Positions 26,206 to 39,600 of a stretch of DNA of 64,000 bases are shown piece by piece. Each line of letters begins with the position of its first letter. Position 1 is the first letter of the stretch. Both the position numbers and the translations under genes were made by a program. Source of the stretch: Basidiobolus meristosporus CBS 931.73. Its lineage: Eukaryota; Fungi; Basidiobolomycota. The stretch is from the NCBI GenBank assembly GCA_002104905.1, contig MCFE01000312.1, positions 33,429-97,428 of the forward strand. The letters are read 5' to 3'. A model generated the notes under the pieces. It saw only the letters and a program-made list of their open reading frames with translations. It made no database searches and had not been told where the DNA came from.

Positions 26206-27830
26206 CCCTATGAAAGGTTATTGAGATGATCCTGTCAAAAGGTCATCACAAAGTTAAAGTCCCATGACTAAGAGGTACTGATCTTGTCAGGACACCATCT
26301 AGAGACCATTGAAAAATAATTGAACCCCAGATTTCACAAAAAACTTGGTCAGAATTCTTCATCACAACAATGTATAAGTAGCTTTTGATTGGTTCCCTGC
26401 CAATTTGCTCACTTTCTGATCTCAGACACTCTATTGCCTCCTATGTTTATGTGCATTGATTGGCTATTGCCTCTTTTTCACACTACTTACTTCTGACTCA
26501 ACCGTTTCTCTTACTTTTCATGTGTAGAGCTTGATTTATATATGTTGAAACTTCTGTTGTACCTCAATTTCTAATTCTATTGACCTATGCAAGCCCCTAT
26601 ACCTTACACTAATATTAAGCCTAACCACACACTCCACAAGTAACTCCATCAAAATCCACCACTCAATAAGTATTTCTGCTGCAAAACTCTGGTTCCACAA
26701 CTTTGGCAGGAACCCAACGGCTTTATGCCACTGTTCATTCACTGGTTCCCACACATCCTGGTCTTCAGCCAGCACTGCAAGTTGTAGCACCTCATCTGCC
26801 AGTCTTTGCAATAAATCCTTGCAATATTCCAGTGCATTTTCTTGAGTACTGCTCTTGAAGAAGTGCTGTAACCTTTTGATGTGCCTATTGATGTTCCAAA
26901 ACTCCACTGAAGGCATTGTGATAGTCTTTTGAGCTCTTGACATTGTAGCCTTGTCTCTCAGTGGAATCTCCACACAGTTAACAATGAAGGATGTGGAGGC
27001 TGTGGTAGACAAATTGCCTTTTTCAGCAAACTCATCTACCTTGCTGGAGTGTAGCTCAACTGGCTGCACTTCCAACTCTTGTGAATGCAGCTGTTTTCTG
27101 GTTGGTAATTCTACTTTGCTACAATAGGATTCAGTCTGTTCCTGGCTTACATTGTTGATTGGCAAGAACTGCAGGTTTTTTGCATGCTTCCCTGTCTCAG
27201 GCTTGGGAAGATATTCTTCCCTTTACCTTTTCCTTTATCACTGCCAGGTCTTTCACTGCTACTTTGTCTATGTGCTTCTTGTAAAGAACAATATTGCCTG
27301 CTGAATAAATTCTGCTTGGACTCATCTGTTTTGGCCTGCTTGTTCCTTGCTGGCACTCTTCTGGCAACCTGACATTTTTTTTTCCGCTTATTTTGAGCTC
27401 TCAACTATAGTTGTGACAGGCTCCTGTAGGAGCAGCTGGTTTTTATCACTGCCAGGTCCTTCACTGCTACTTTGACTGGGTGCTTCTTGAGTGGTACTAT
27501 GCTTTTTCCTTGATAAATGTTGTACTGGTGCATCCATGTCAGCCTGCTTGTCTCCAATTGGCACTCTTCCAGGTACCTGATGCCTCTTTGATGCTTGTCT
27601 AGAGCTTTTGGCCCTGCTTGTAGCAGGCTCTTGAGGAAGCTGCTGGTTTTTAGCCATGGCACCCTTGTACTTCTGCCTTTTATAGTTTCTGCAATTCTTA
27701 AGATACTTTCTTAGCAAACCAATGCTGGCCCTAAGTCCATTTGCCTGTTTGAATCTGGCATAATGGTCATGGAACAAGTCAAGTGCATTCTTCATGGCCT
27801 TGAGTTCCTGATGGTCCCATGGTATGCCGG

Positions 27831-29765
27831 TGTGGTAGTATATAGGTTCAAGGGAGAGATACATCCAACATTTCTCAAGTGTTTTGTGTGTGGGGTATTC
27901 ACTGGGTGCAATAACATCTGGCAAAAGCTTGCTAGGAATACTTGGGTTCTGTCTCTAATTTAATGTGATGGGGAATAAAGCCACAAGCTTGTCAAGGAAA
28001 AACTATTGAGCTACAATCCCCAACTTAGTTGGCGTCTTAACAAAAGTATGTGCTGGGTTCAGCGTCCTTTGAGATGAAAATGTACTAAAGCTTCCAAAGT
28101 CAAAACAACTGTAATCACCACCAGCAGGGACTTGATAAGAATGCAGCTGTGATCAATGGTTACAAAGACAGAAAAATATCTTTGCCTGTACAAGAACAAA
28201 CTTGAGAAAAAATTAAATATAATCAAAGATACCTACTCTGAGTATTCCTCACAAGTAGTGCCTCCAAGGTCAGTTGGCTGTCAACATGGTTTCCTGGGAG
28301 TGTCCTGTGGTCTGGGGTTGGAAGTTCAGGTAGCAGCAGGTAGCAGTGATCACACTGATCAACAAGTTGGTATATTGATAAAGGGGATGATGATTCATTG
28401 TTGAGGGATATGTAGTAATGGAAAGTATTCCATTGCTACAATATCTCTAAACCAATATTGACCCATTTCTTTATTTTGCTTTTTACTATTGTAACACACA
28501 AGTGAAAGATCAAGAATTTCCAACTTTAAAGGATAAATGCTCCAGACCTTGATAAGCAATCCACCCAAGAACATTATGTCATACAGAACATGCATTAGCC
28601 AACACATGTTTGAAATTACAGCTCATATGAAGCAGTACTCAAGGAGCTATGACCAAAAGAGTCCAATCATTATATATACTATGCCTTATTTGCAGGATTA
28701 CTATGGTCACTTTGATCGCATGTAACTTTTGAACCAACCAATCAAATCATGTTAACTTCTCAAAGGTGCTGTGCCTATGTCCGATCTGCGCCACTGCAAA
28801 GTGTTAGCTTTGTATCATGTGTATTGTTTGCGCAATTTCCCGAAAACTTTGATCCTTCAGAATTTTCATATATATGACTTCCCCAGCTGAAAAATAAAGG
28901 CAGTACCTCTCTTTCCAGAATCTCCACACTAATATTACAAGTTTAAAGGTTATAAGACTTCCCCCTACATCACTTGCACTGTTCAGTATTCTGACTTTGA
29001 TTGGTACTACATCAGTAAAGAGACTGCAAAGCTTACAAGAGTCCAATGTAAGTTCTACAAGAAACGACCACTTTTCTGTTGGAAAAGTCCTCCCTAAGAA
29101 ACCCCTTTACTCTAAAGACACCCCTTTAGACACCCCTTTAAGTCTAAAGACCCCTTTAGAGACCACTACAAGAAGCCCCTTTACTCTGAAGACACCCCTT
29201 TAGACACCCCTTTAGGTCTGAAGACCCCTTTAGAGACTTCTACAACACACCTGTTTAGGTTAAAGGGGAGCTCAGAATTTCCATATTAGGAAATATTTTC
29301 TCAGAAAGGAAAGTGACCACCAAATAAGGAAAAATTACTATAAAAGTAAATAAGCTCATTAGTTGAAAGAAGGTCAGAACACTGCTGTAGAAGTGATAAA
29401 CACTGCCTACAGTATACTTTGTGCCTAAGATTGAGGAAATTAGTGAAAATTATATCTTCTATTGGTATATCAAACTCCCAATAAGCTATTTCAGTAATAG
29501 CATACTGGAAGTTGTTGTATGTTGTTGATTAGCCTCTACACTGTAGAACAAGCCCCAAAATAATCATAATACAACACAACAGGTAGCCTCCCTTATATAC
29601 TTTTCTTACTGGCTAAGTGAATACTAATTATGGTGTCCCAGAAGATGGTACTGATCAGGTAAGACAAATGGGATAAAACTAAAATAAGGGTAGTAGAGAA
29701 ATAGGGAAGTAGAAAATATAGGAATGAGCACATCTGTCAGTGGGTATCACTGTGACCCCACTACA
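27831..29765 (-). mobile_element. LTR-X solo copy (contains Z insertion and an internal deletion)
   Basis: tgtggtag...ccccactaca; TSD CCGG/CCAG; the host ORF2 reads ggtatgccggccttaagg when it is removed. Confidence 0.9.
28411..29581 (+). mobile_element. Repeat Z, 1.17-kb TG..CA element (probable solo LTR)
   Basis: tgtagtaatgg...acaacacaaca; TSD GATA/GGTA; 74-bp tandem unit at 29102 and 29176. Strand is relative only. Confidence 0.85.
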
Positions 29766-31887
29766 CCAGCCTTAAGGTGATGGTGCGCCAGACTGCTGAT
29801 GGCCTCTTGTATATTAGCGCACTCTTCATTATTGCACTCAATGGCGTCACAGATCTTCAATGCTTTTTGATTTTTAGGCTTTGGTGTAACACCACATTGT
29901 CTCCCTCCCACACTGAGATAGGCTTTTCTGTGAGCTTTATCTTTGGGCACTGTTGTTTTGCTTCAAAGACTGTGTGGTGCTCCCTGCTGTTACATTAGGA
30001 AATGACTCAACTCTTGGCTGTAACATTGAGCTACTTGAGTTCCTTCTTTGCAGCGGAGATAATGGTTTCTCTACCTGTGATATTGATTGCTCTACACATT
30101 ATCCGCCCATCCTGCTTCTGAACTATTACCTGATTTCTCCGGCCATTACATCTATCCTATCAGCCACTGTACCAAGTTGGTTCATTAATGCTTTGGTATG
30201 AGCTGACAACCCACTTGCTAATATGGGTGATGGTGATGTTATCCTGGCCACTTGCTGATCTTGAACTGAGGGTACTGTGTTTGCTACATTTTCATCTGCT
30301 GGAGCATAATGGTGAGTTATGGCTCCACAGAGGCTCTCAATTGCCTACTTGACTAAGAGCCTGAGGAGTCTGCCTTATTACCTTTGATGGGCACACTGTC
30401 AACAGGGCCTTTTTTGGATGTAGCCCTGCTTGTTGCACTGAATTTCAAAGCAAATTGTTGTCCAACAGCTCTTCTGTTGCTGTTAGTGGTGGGGTTTGGT
30501 AGAGAACCACACGGCTTTACTTTATTTGTTGGTGGTATATATATGGAAGTCAGTCAAACCAAAGGGGAAATAGTGTTATATAGACATGTGTATGTGGTGC
30601 CACAGCTTTATTTATAATGCTTACTATGGCAGGTCATCATTGAATCTTACATTCATGTAGGTGCAATATCTCAAATACATGACTGTCTTAAGTTCACATG
30701 AGTATTGATCAAAAAGTGATATGATAGCGTTACATTGTTGAAGATCAAACTCTTTGCCCCATGGACAAGACAACTTTGACTTAACACCATAAGAGAAGAG
30801 AAAAAAGACCATGTGCTATTATGTTAAGCCTCTCAGCCATGAAGCATGTTGACAGCATAGGAAGTATTACAAATATCACGCCCAATGTTTTGCCACCCAA
30901 GTCATATTTGGTCATTCATGGATCACTACAGTACCAACAATATCTTGCTGGCCAGTTGATACCTCTATACTGGCACCTGGCCATCTTTGTCCCCTTGCAC
31001 AAACTGAGTCAGGTGAGTTTGTGATGCCTTGAGGCTCACCTCAGCCTTTGAATATGGCACATGGGGTGATAGCTCTGACAAAGAAGGTTCACTGATGGAT
31101 TTTGAGCCTATCTCCCCTAACAACAGTACCCTGTATCAGCCTGTTCAAATCCCCATATGCAATGAGAAAACACCCATTGAAGCAAATGCCAAGGATACTT
31201 TATGGAGCCAAGTGAGCCCAGTAATCCATCTACCGGTGAATGATGTAATGTTGTGGCTAGAGATGTGGCATGTTTCCACTAATATCAGTAATGGGGGCTT
31301 TGAGGATTTATTACTACTTCTTGCCAAAATCGTACCAGGATATAACTTACCATGTACATGGTACAAGTGGACAACCATCATGCAGCTGGCAGCATATGAT
31401 CCAGAGACTGTCCTGATTCCAGCATGAGTAAACAGTTGCATGGTATTCACATCCAAAAATGCTACAATTGCAACATGTCCAAATTGTCAGAAATTCACCA
31501 CCATTGAGGGAAAACATTGTTCACACTCCAGATATATTCCGGTCATATCCTGTCTGCGGAAGCTGATGCAGTCCGGCAGATATTGCAAAGCTATACAGTA
31601 CAGCACTCAGTATCAGTCAAGTGCAAACACATCCAATATATTCAATGGCAAACATTACAAACAGCTAAGATGCAAGAGCTACTTAGAGTGTATGTATGAC
31701 CATGCCTTTGCTTTAGCATATGATGGATTTTCATCAAACAAGTACTTGACCAGCAAATCCTGCTGGCCACTGATTCTCATCAACCTGAATCTGCCACCCA
31801 TTTTATAGTATTAGAGCAATAATCTGATAGTAGTCTCACTGGTATCTGGGCCTGATCACTGTCCAACCTGGATACCTACCTGTATTC

Positions 31888-33115
31888 TGTTGTATTGTAT
31901 TATGATTAGTTTGGGGCTTGTTCTACAATGTAGAAGCTAATCAACAATATACAACAACTTCCAGTATGCTAATACTGAAAGAGTTTATTGGGAGTTTGAT
32001 ATACCAATAGAAGATATAACTTTCACTAATTTCCTCAATCTTAGGCACAAAATATACTGTAGGCAGTGTTTATCACTTCTACAGCAGTGTTCTGACCTTC
32101 TTTCAATAATAGGCTTATTTACTCTTATAGTAACTTTTCCTTATTTGGAGGTCACTCTCCTTTCTGAGAAAATATTTCCTAATATGGAAATTCTGAACTC
32201 CCCTTTGACCTAAAGGGGTGTGTTGTAGAAGTCTCTGAAGGGGTTCTTAGACCCAAAGTGGTGTCTTTAGAGTAAAGGGGCTTCTTGTAATGGTCTCTAA
32301 AGTGGACTTTACACTAAAGGGGTGCCTAATGGGGCTTCTTTAGAGTAAAGCAGTTTCTTAAAGGGGTCTCTAAAGGGATCTTTAGACTAAAGGGGTGTCT
32401 AAGGGGTGTCTTTAGAGTAAAGGGACTACTTAGAGGAGACTTTTCCAACAGAAAAGTGGTAGTTTCTTGTAGAACTTAGATTGGATTCTTGTAAGCTTTG
32501 CAGTCTCTTTACTGATGTAGTACCAATCAAAGTCAGAATACTCAACAGTGCAAGTGGTGCAGGGGAAGTCTTATAACCTTTAAACTTGTAATCATAATGT
32601 GGAAATTCTGGAAAGAGAGGCTCTCTTTTATTTTTCAGCTGGTGAATTCATATATATGAAAATTTTGAAGGATCAAAGCTTTTGGGCAATTGCGCAAGCA
32701 ATACATGTGATACAAAGCTAAAATTTTGCAGTGGCGCAGATCAAACATAGGCGCAGCACCTGTGAGAATCTCACATGATTTGACTGGCTGATTCAAAAGT
32801 TACATGCAATCAAAGTCACCATGGTAATCCTAGCATAAAGGCATAGTATTTATAATAATTGGACTCTTTTGGTCATAACTCCTTGAGTACTGCTTCAAAT
32901 GAGCTGTAATTTGAAACATGTGTTGGCTACTACATGTTCTGTATGACATTAAATTCTTGGGTGGATTGCTTGTCAGGGTCTGGAGCATTTCTCCTTCAAA
33001 GCTGGAAATTCTTGATCTCTCACTTGTGTGTTACAATAGCAAAAAGCAAAATAAAGAAATGAGTGCAATATTGGTTTAGAGATATTGTTGTAATGGAATA
33101 CTTTCCATTACCACA
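31888..33115 (-). mobile_element. Repeat Z, second copy in opposite orientation
   Basis: Reverse complement of 28411-29581; TSD ATTC/ATTC; interrupts the CACTA transposase, which resumes in register. Confidence 0.9.
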
Positions 33116-33499
33116 ATTCATTGCTGGATGAATTTTGTATGCTTTCCAGCAGGATAACAGTAAAGGGTCATCTTGCAAAAGCGCATATTATTATCTGCAT
33201 TGGGGATACCCCAGCCTTCAGCAAGATAGTTGGTTTTTCTTTGCACAATGGATGGTATTGCCGTTGAATGTTTGAGATTCAGGGGATTTACTCCATAATG
33301 CACACACATTATTATTACCCAAACACCAGCACTAACAACATCATCCTCCCACAGAGGAATGTACATAATTCAGCATGCAATTGCAGCTAAGTTGGCAAGC
33401 TACAAACCATTGGCCAGAATATGGAATCAATCAGAATCTAGAGATACTATCTTCTGTGCCAATGGCATGATCCATGGCTCTGACTGGTAGTTGGCTAGC

Positions 33500-35242
33500 A
33501 AGAACAACTTGAAACAGGTCTGAATACTCCTTGAAATGAGTCTAGACCTTATGGGGTTCTGGAGTAGGGGAATCCTACTGTAATACTGCTATGTGGAACA
33601 TATGGGTACCTTTTCTAAGTGATCTGCAGAACTGTGTCTTGCTAAGTTCACCTGTTTCACATACACTGGAATTGATCAAGCTGAAATCCAGTCAGGCAGG
33701 TAATAGCTCATAGATCCTGTAGTTCTCCTGGATTTGAGTAGCATAAGTCCTCCAGTTGATTGATGGATTATAACAAAATAGCCAGGTTTTTCAAAATACA
33801 AGGTCCAACGTGCTGTTCCCAAATATATAGGCTGGTAGGTCTTCTTTATATAGCTTTCCTGAGTGTGAGGTCAATTGGGATAGGTATTGTTCTGTCATAT
33901 GGAAGGTGAGATCTGAGTTTTCTTCAAGATCATTTTACATATTACTATGCTAAAGGGCTTCAATATAGTTAAAGGTTCTTGCTGACTGTTGTCTGTTTCT
34001 TCTACAAGGGCAGCACTTTGCAGTCTGTCCTTGCTAGTGGCAATTAAAGCAAATTTCTTTCTTGCTACATACTTCTGGGGTGTGAATCTTCTCCAGAGCA
34101 TTGATTTCCACTGGCACCTCTTCTGGTTGCCTTCTTTCATAGTGAATATAGCCACTCAGATTAGTCATTGTGGTTGTCCCAACTCTAAACAAAGCTGGGT
34201 TGTAGTCAATTGCAATTTTGATAACTTTCTCAATAGTTGGAGGTCTTCAATAATTAACCTTCTTGCAAGTTCTTTTTTTCAGCCCATCAATGAAGCATTC
34301 AACTTTATTGAGGGTGCTCATTCTTTGAATTTGTCTAAGCAGATATCTATATATATAGTAGTACTCTTGAATCATTCCTCTTGTGCTGAGTATCTTCAGC
34401 ATCCTTCTTAGTAGTGTTTACTGGTGTGGGGGTTCAAAAGTATCCTGAATTTCCCACACAAACTCATCCCAGGTAGATATTGTAAGTCATCCCAGCAAAG
34501 TGGCTGACCTGATCTTGTTGTGGTACCACTGTGAGGCTGCATCTGCAAAGTAAGAAGTTGCATAATGCAACTTGCTCTCTGAAGCAGTTCCCTTAGCCTT
34601 AGAAGCTTCTTCACTATAGGACAACCAGGTTTGAAGGTCTTCATTGACTCTACAATAGTACCTGTTGACCATTGTACTAAAGTTGCTCTTGAAAGGGTCT
34701 TGCTTGCTTTAGTCCATATTAGTCATTCCTTGTTGTAGCTGGCTAAGGATCTGGAGTAATTGTTGCTGTTGGGCTAGAATTTGCTGCATTGCATTCTTCC
34801 ATTCTTTATTTTCTGACATCTTGAAGGTGGCTTCTTCTGTCTTCAGGGGGGAGGTTTCTGGCAATTGCTGCTTCTACTGTTGCAATTTTGGTACAAGTAT
34901 TGTAGAGGTATGAGGAGTTTAGCTAGTATTGTACTCACTAAAACTTGAATGGACTTTTATTGATGTTCTAGCAGCTCCTTACATGCATTTTGCCAGATCA
35001 GTTGCTGACTGATGGTATTTCTTAATGTAGTTTTTGGCTGATGCCTCATTTGATTACATCATTGTCACTCCATTAATCCTGATTGATAAATCTATTTCTG
35101 TCTGAAGTTATCTGCTGATTGATCAGCTGACTCATGCTATTGATTTGATATATAATACTTAAATTCTGCTGGGTTAAGCATAAAGCTAATTGATATGACT
35201 AAAAACTGATCTAACTTTACATTCAAGCAGTAGATCATAACA
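33500..35242 (-). mobile_element. Gypsy-type element W: 5' LTR (34878-35242) + gag + protease start, truncated
   Basis: LTR-W followed by ATG 34819 MSENKEW...EDLQTWL...KLHYATSYFADAASQWY (retrotransposon gag); stops and frameshifts. Confidence 0.8.
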
Positions 35243-36239
35243 TACTGACCTACTCAAGTCTCTTTATCCAACACTAATAAAAAGCTCAACCCCATACTTA
35301 ACAAGTAACACCACTAAAATCCACTTTTCAATAGTGATTCTGCTGTAACAACCTTTTTAAGACTCTGGCAGGAGGCCTTTGGCTTTATGCCATTGTTCAC
35401 TGACTGGTTCCTATAGGTCCAGGTCTTCAGCCAGCTCTGCAAGGTCTAGCATCTCATCTGCCAGTCTTTGCAATAAATTCTTGCACAATTTGAGTGCATT
35501 TTCTTGAGTACTGCTCTTGAAGAAGTCCTGCAACCTCTTGGTATGGCCATCAATGTTCAAAAATGCAGGTGTCAGGATAGTCTTTTGAATTCTTGATGTT
35601 GTTGCTTTATCTGTCTGTGGTATCTACATTCTGTCTAAATTGAAGGATATGTAGGCTGTTAGAGATATTTAGCTTTTCTCTGCAAACTCATTTTCCTCAC
35701 TGCTATATAGCTCCAGTGACTGCGCTTTAAACTCCAAAGAAATCTTTTGTTTTCTTGCTTGTAATTGTTCTTGACAATTATGAGATTCAGCCTGTTCTGG
35801 ACTGAGAGCATTAACTTGTATAAACTGCAGCTTCTTTCTTACACCTCCCTGCCTCTGGCTTGGGTGGACTTTTTTCTCTTTACATTTATCTCTATCACTG
35901 CCAAGTACCTTGCTGCTACTTTGGCAGAGTGCTTCTTTTGTAGAGCTACTTTTTTACCTGACATTGGACATGGATATGAAAGCTGGCACATCCATGACAG
36001 CTAGGAAGTGTTGGAAAATATTGAGGACAGATATGCACATGGAGATGCCTATGCCTTTGGCATTATGAGGCTAAGCAGCTCCAATGCATAGGTATTCAGT
36101 TAAGTTATGCATTATTAGGTTGGGCACCACAAGCAACTAATTTTATTAGAGCAACTGTACCAAAGTATAACAGGTTTCACTTGACCACAAGCCACTTTCC
36201 ACACCATCCTATCTGGAGTATATGTAAACACAAGCCAGA
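35243..36239. mobile_element. CACTA-1 remnants (ORF2 minus to ~36000; transposase 3' end plus 36000-36239)
   Basis: Homology to 26600-27250 and to 56420-56650. Confidence 0.8.
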
Positions 36240-36620
36240 CACTTCAAGAAAAGGGTTGGTCCTGCAGGTGAATCAGATTCACATCAGCCATCATGATCCT
36301 GCCAAGAGATTGTTAAAATGCCAGCAGCTTGGAATTAATAACCCCATACACAATCTTATTATAGGATCACATCAGTTTTGACTAACTTTACTGCCAAGTA
36401 TAATTATTAACTTGACCAGATTTTTGTAATCTTTTGACAGAAGATGTAAGGCATTGTGATGGTCTTGATGTGCTTTCTATCTATTTGTGCAGATCTGACC
36501 AGCCAGTACATCCAGTTGCCTTATACGTCAAGAAACATGATGGTTTTATAATGACCGCATTATCAGTCACTAATGGTACTTCAATGCTGGTACAACCACC
36601 TACAGTTAGTTCTAGACAAT

Positions 36621-39600
36621 TGTTGTATCCAAGAGAAAAGTGTAATAAACTCTTGAATGAGTTCACTGAACCTAAGTGACAACTAAGTACAGAATCTTAG
36701 AATTATTAAGAGCAACAGAAATATTAGCAAAGAAGTTCTGGTCTAATATTGGTGTTGTATATAGCTGAGCTAGGCTGTAAAGGCAGCAGAGATGGGTTGC
36801 TATGCAGGCTATGCTTGGTGCTCTTGAGAGTGCAAGATATGCTAGGCTTGGGTAGGAACTAGAACAAATTGTTGAATTCTTAATTTTGCTGAGGCACAAT
36901 CTTAGTTTTGTTGAGACACACACTAAACCAGAAGGTTCAGTAAACTTTATTTATACTTTTCTAATCAAGTTGAATTAGTAAGCACCAAGAAACTGGACAA
37001 ATTGAAAACAGTTGGTATGCTCATGGGTGTCTAGGATAAATGGGCAATTGCATCATTAATCAGCTGATATTTTGGCAACTGCCAAGTGGTTGGATAGATC
37101 TTAGATGACTAATCACCTGGAGAAGGCTTAGCAGTTCAGTTGAGAACATAATGACATCATCAAATTGATCAAGTGTGACAGATAAAACTAGATTCTGAGA
37201 AGTGATAAACTTAACCATAACTGGGATTAGTTATGTTTAGGTAAGGGAAAAGCAGTTAATGTGCTAGATTTCACAACAGAGTAAAATAGGCTAAATTTAA
37301 ATGTTGATGCACAACATCACTTCCTCCCAGGAGAGGGGTTTTCTGATATCTTCTGGGATCCCCTGCAGCTCCAACACTGATCAATGATAGGAACATCATC
37401 AATGTTGGTGTAAGGTTCTCAGGTGTTGTGTTTGGTATCATAGCCATTCCACTTCACTAAATAAAGACAACTTGGTTCTTCTCCATCATGGTCCATAATA
37501 GCTTCAACTGCATAGGATTCTGAAGTAACTGGGTCTTGATATATAAGCTTCAGTGAAGCAGGTGGAAAGTTTTTGGGTAGCAGTGCTCCAATATTGTCCT
37601 GAAGTACATAAGATCCACCAGTGATATCTCTGAAAACTTTGAATGGGCCTTCATATTTGGGGTCAAGCTTAGATTTTTGGATTGAAATTAGTGTCGTTGC
37701 ATACAAACCATCTGGGAAGCTGCTGTTCCTGTGTCTTGGGGCATATGTTGAGGCCATCTTTTACTTTGAGATCTTACTTCTGGTACTGATAGCAGGGTAG
37801 ACAATGATGGTAATGTACTCAAGTTGGTTCTTTAGCTTTTCTGTATTCAGCTTTACTTACTCTGTATTCTGGTAGTCTCCAAAGTAGTAGATTTTTCTTC
37901 AAAACATCAAAGAAAATGGTATTGATCCATGTAGAGCAGCTATTTTGGTGTTGATACCACACTGTACAGTTATTAGGTACTTGTCCCAATTCTTCTTGAT
38001 ACGTTTGATTGATTTCCTGATGATGCTAACAAGGTCTGAACATATCTTTTGGCAGGTCCATTAGCTTTGGGATGATTAGGAATCATCACACAGTGAACAA
38101 TGGCCCTATTCTGGCAAAGAGCTTTGATCATGTGATTCAAAATTCCGTTCCATTATCCAATTGAATGACCTTGGGGAATCCAAATTGGCAGAAGAGCTAG
38201 AATGGTGCTTGGGCAATAGTGGCAGCATACTTGTCTAGGATAGCTTTGAGGAAGACAAACTGTGTGCAGACATCCACAGTTACAAAGAGATAGTGACAAC
38301 AATCATCACTAGTGGTGAAAAGTCCAGCTAGATCAATTGCAATATGATCCATTGGAAGGCTTGCATGGATGGGACTCAAAAGGTGAAATCCATGGAGACT
38401 GATGTTGTAAGGTTGACATTCTCTGCAAGACAAGACGGATACTGGGCAGTTAACTCTAATACTTGGCCAGTGATATTCATCAGAGTGTTGCTTCTTCATA
38501 AGTGTGTCAGCTCCAAAGTGGCCAAGTAAATGACTCCTCTATATCAATGTTTTCCTTTTATTGGCATGTGGGATTTTCCAAGTTACTGAATCCAGTTGTG
38601 CAATTACTTTTGAAGTTGTAGTGAGCTTACTGATTATGTCAGTAGTCACATGTCTCTCCCAAGGTGAGGTTGGGAAATGTTTTCAAAGGTGGTCAGGCAG
38701 GATGTTGAGAACTCCTGGGCAATGAACAACTGTATATTCATAATCAAGTAGAGTATCAAGCCTGTTGGTAGGCATTTGAGTCAGAGTTGGTTGGGTATGA
38801 ATATAGACAAAGACTTGGTGGTCAGTGTACAAGGTAAAAGGGTTACTGTACAAGTACTGATGAAACTTTTTCAAGGAAAAGACCCTACTAAGTAGCTCCT
38901 TATTGGTGGTAGAGTAATTTCTCTCAGTGGCTTGTAGGGGTCTGGCTTGAAAAGAGATTCAGTGAGGTGGACTTTAGTCTACATTCTGGTATAGGACAGC
39001 CCCTAACTCAACATTAGATGCATCCATAGCAACAACAAAGGTCTTAGTAAAGTCTGGGTAGCATAGGGCGGGTGCTTGCAGGTGCAATTGGCAGGGTGAC
39101 TCAACTTCTTGGTCATGAGCCTTGTTCCAGGCTGAGGGAAGATCAGGACTATGACATAATTCATCCAATGGGGCACTCAATGGGGACATGAGAGGAATGT
39201 GTTCCCTGAAATAGTTGAATACCTCAAGATATTGTTGGAATTGCTTAGCACCAGTGGGTTTTTGGCTATTCAGGAATATTGGCCAGTTTGAAAGGGTCAA
39301 GTTGGTGGCCATCTGGTGTGACTATGAATCAAAGTATGTTGATATCGAGGCAAGTAAAACTGCACTCTTCAGCATAAAGAATCAGTCCTGCAGCTGTGAG
39401 TCTATTGATGACATCAATGCCATGAGTTGCATGATCACTGCGGTTTGTGGAAAATATGATCAAATCATCAACAAATACTATGGTGTATGGTATACTTTTG
39501 AGGATTATAGTCATGACCCTCTGGAACATGCTAATAAGTGTCTTTAGGCCAAAGGGAGCTCCCGGAAACATCCATTGCATACTATTCTAAATAAAGGCAG

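Larger units (their letters stand above)
26206..33490. mobile_element. CACTA-1 copy: ORF2 (minus) and Transposase_21/tnp2-type transposase (plus), right-truncated
   Basis: TIR CCCTATGAAAGG. ORF2 runs ~30535 to ~26540. Transposase from ~30761 with CPNC, AFALAYDGF, SCWPLILINLNLPP, GDTPAFSKIVGFSLHNG, HYYYP. Carries X and Z insertions. Confidence 0.9.

Noticed and set aside
29090-29260. CCCCTTTA arrays as telomeric repeats or a CRISPR array
   Set aside because: They are internal to repeat Z, degenerate, and lack unique spacers.
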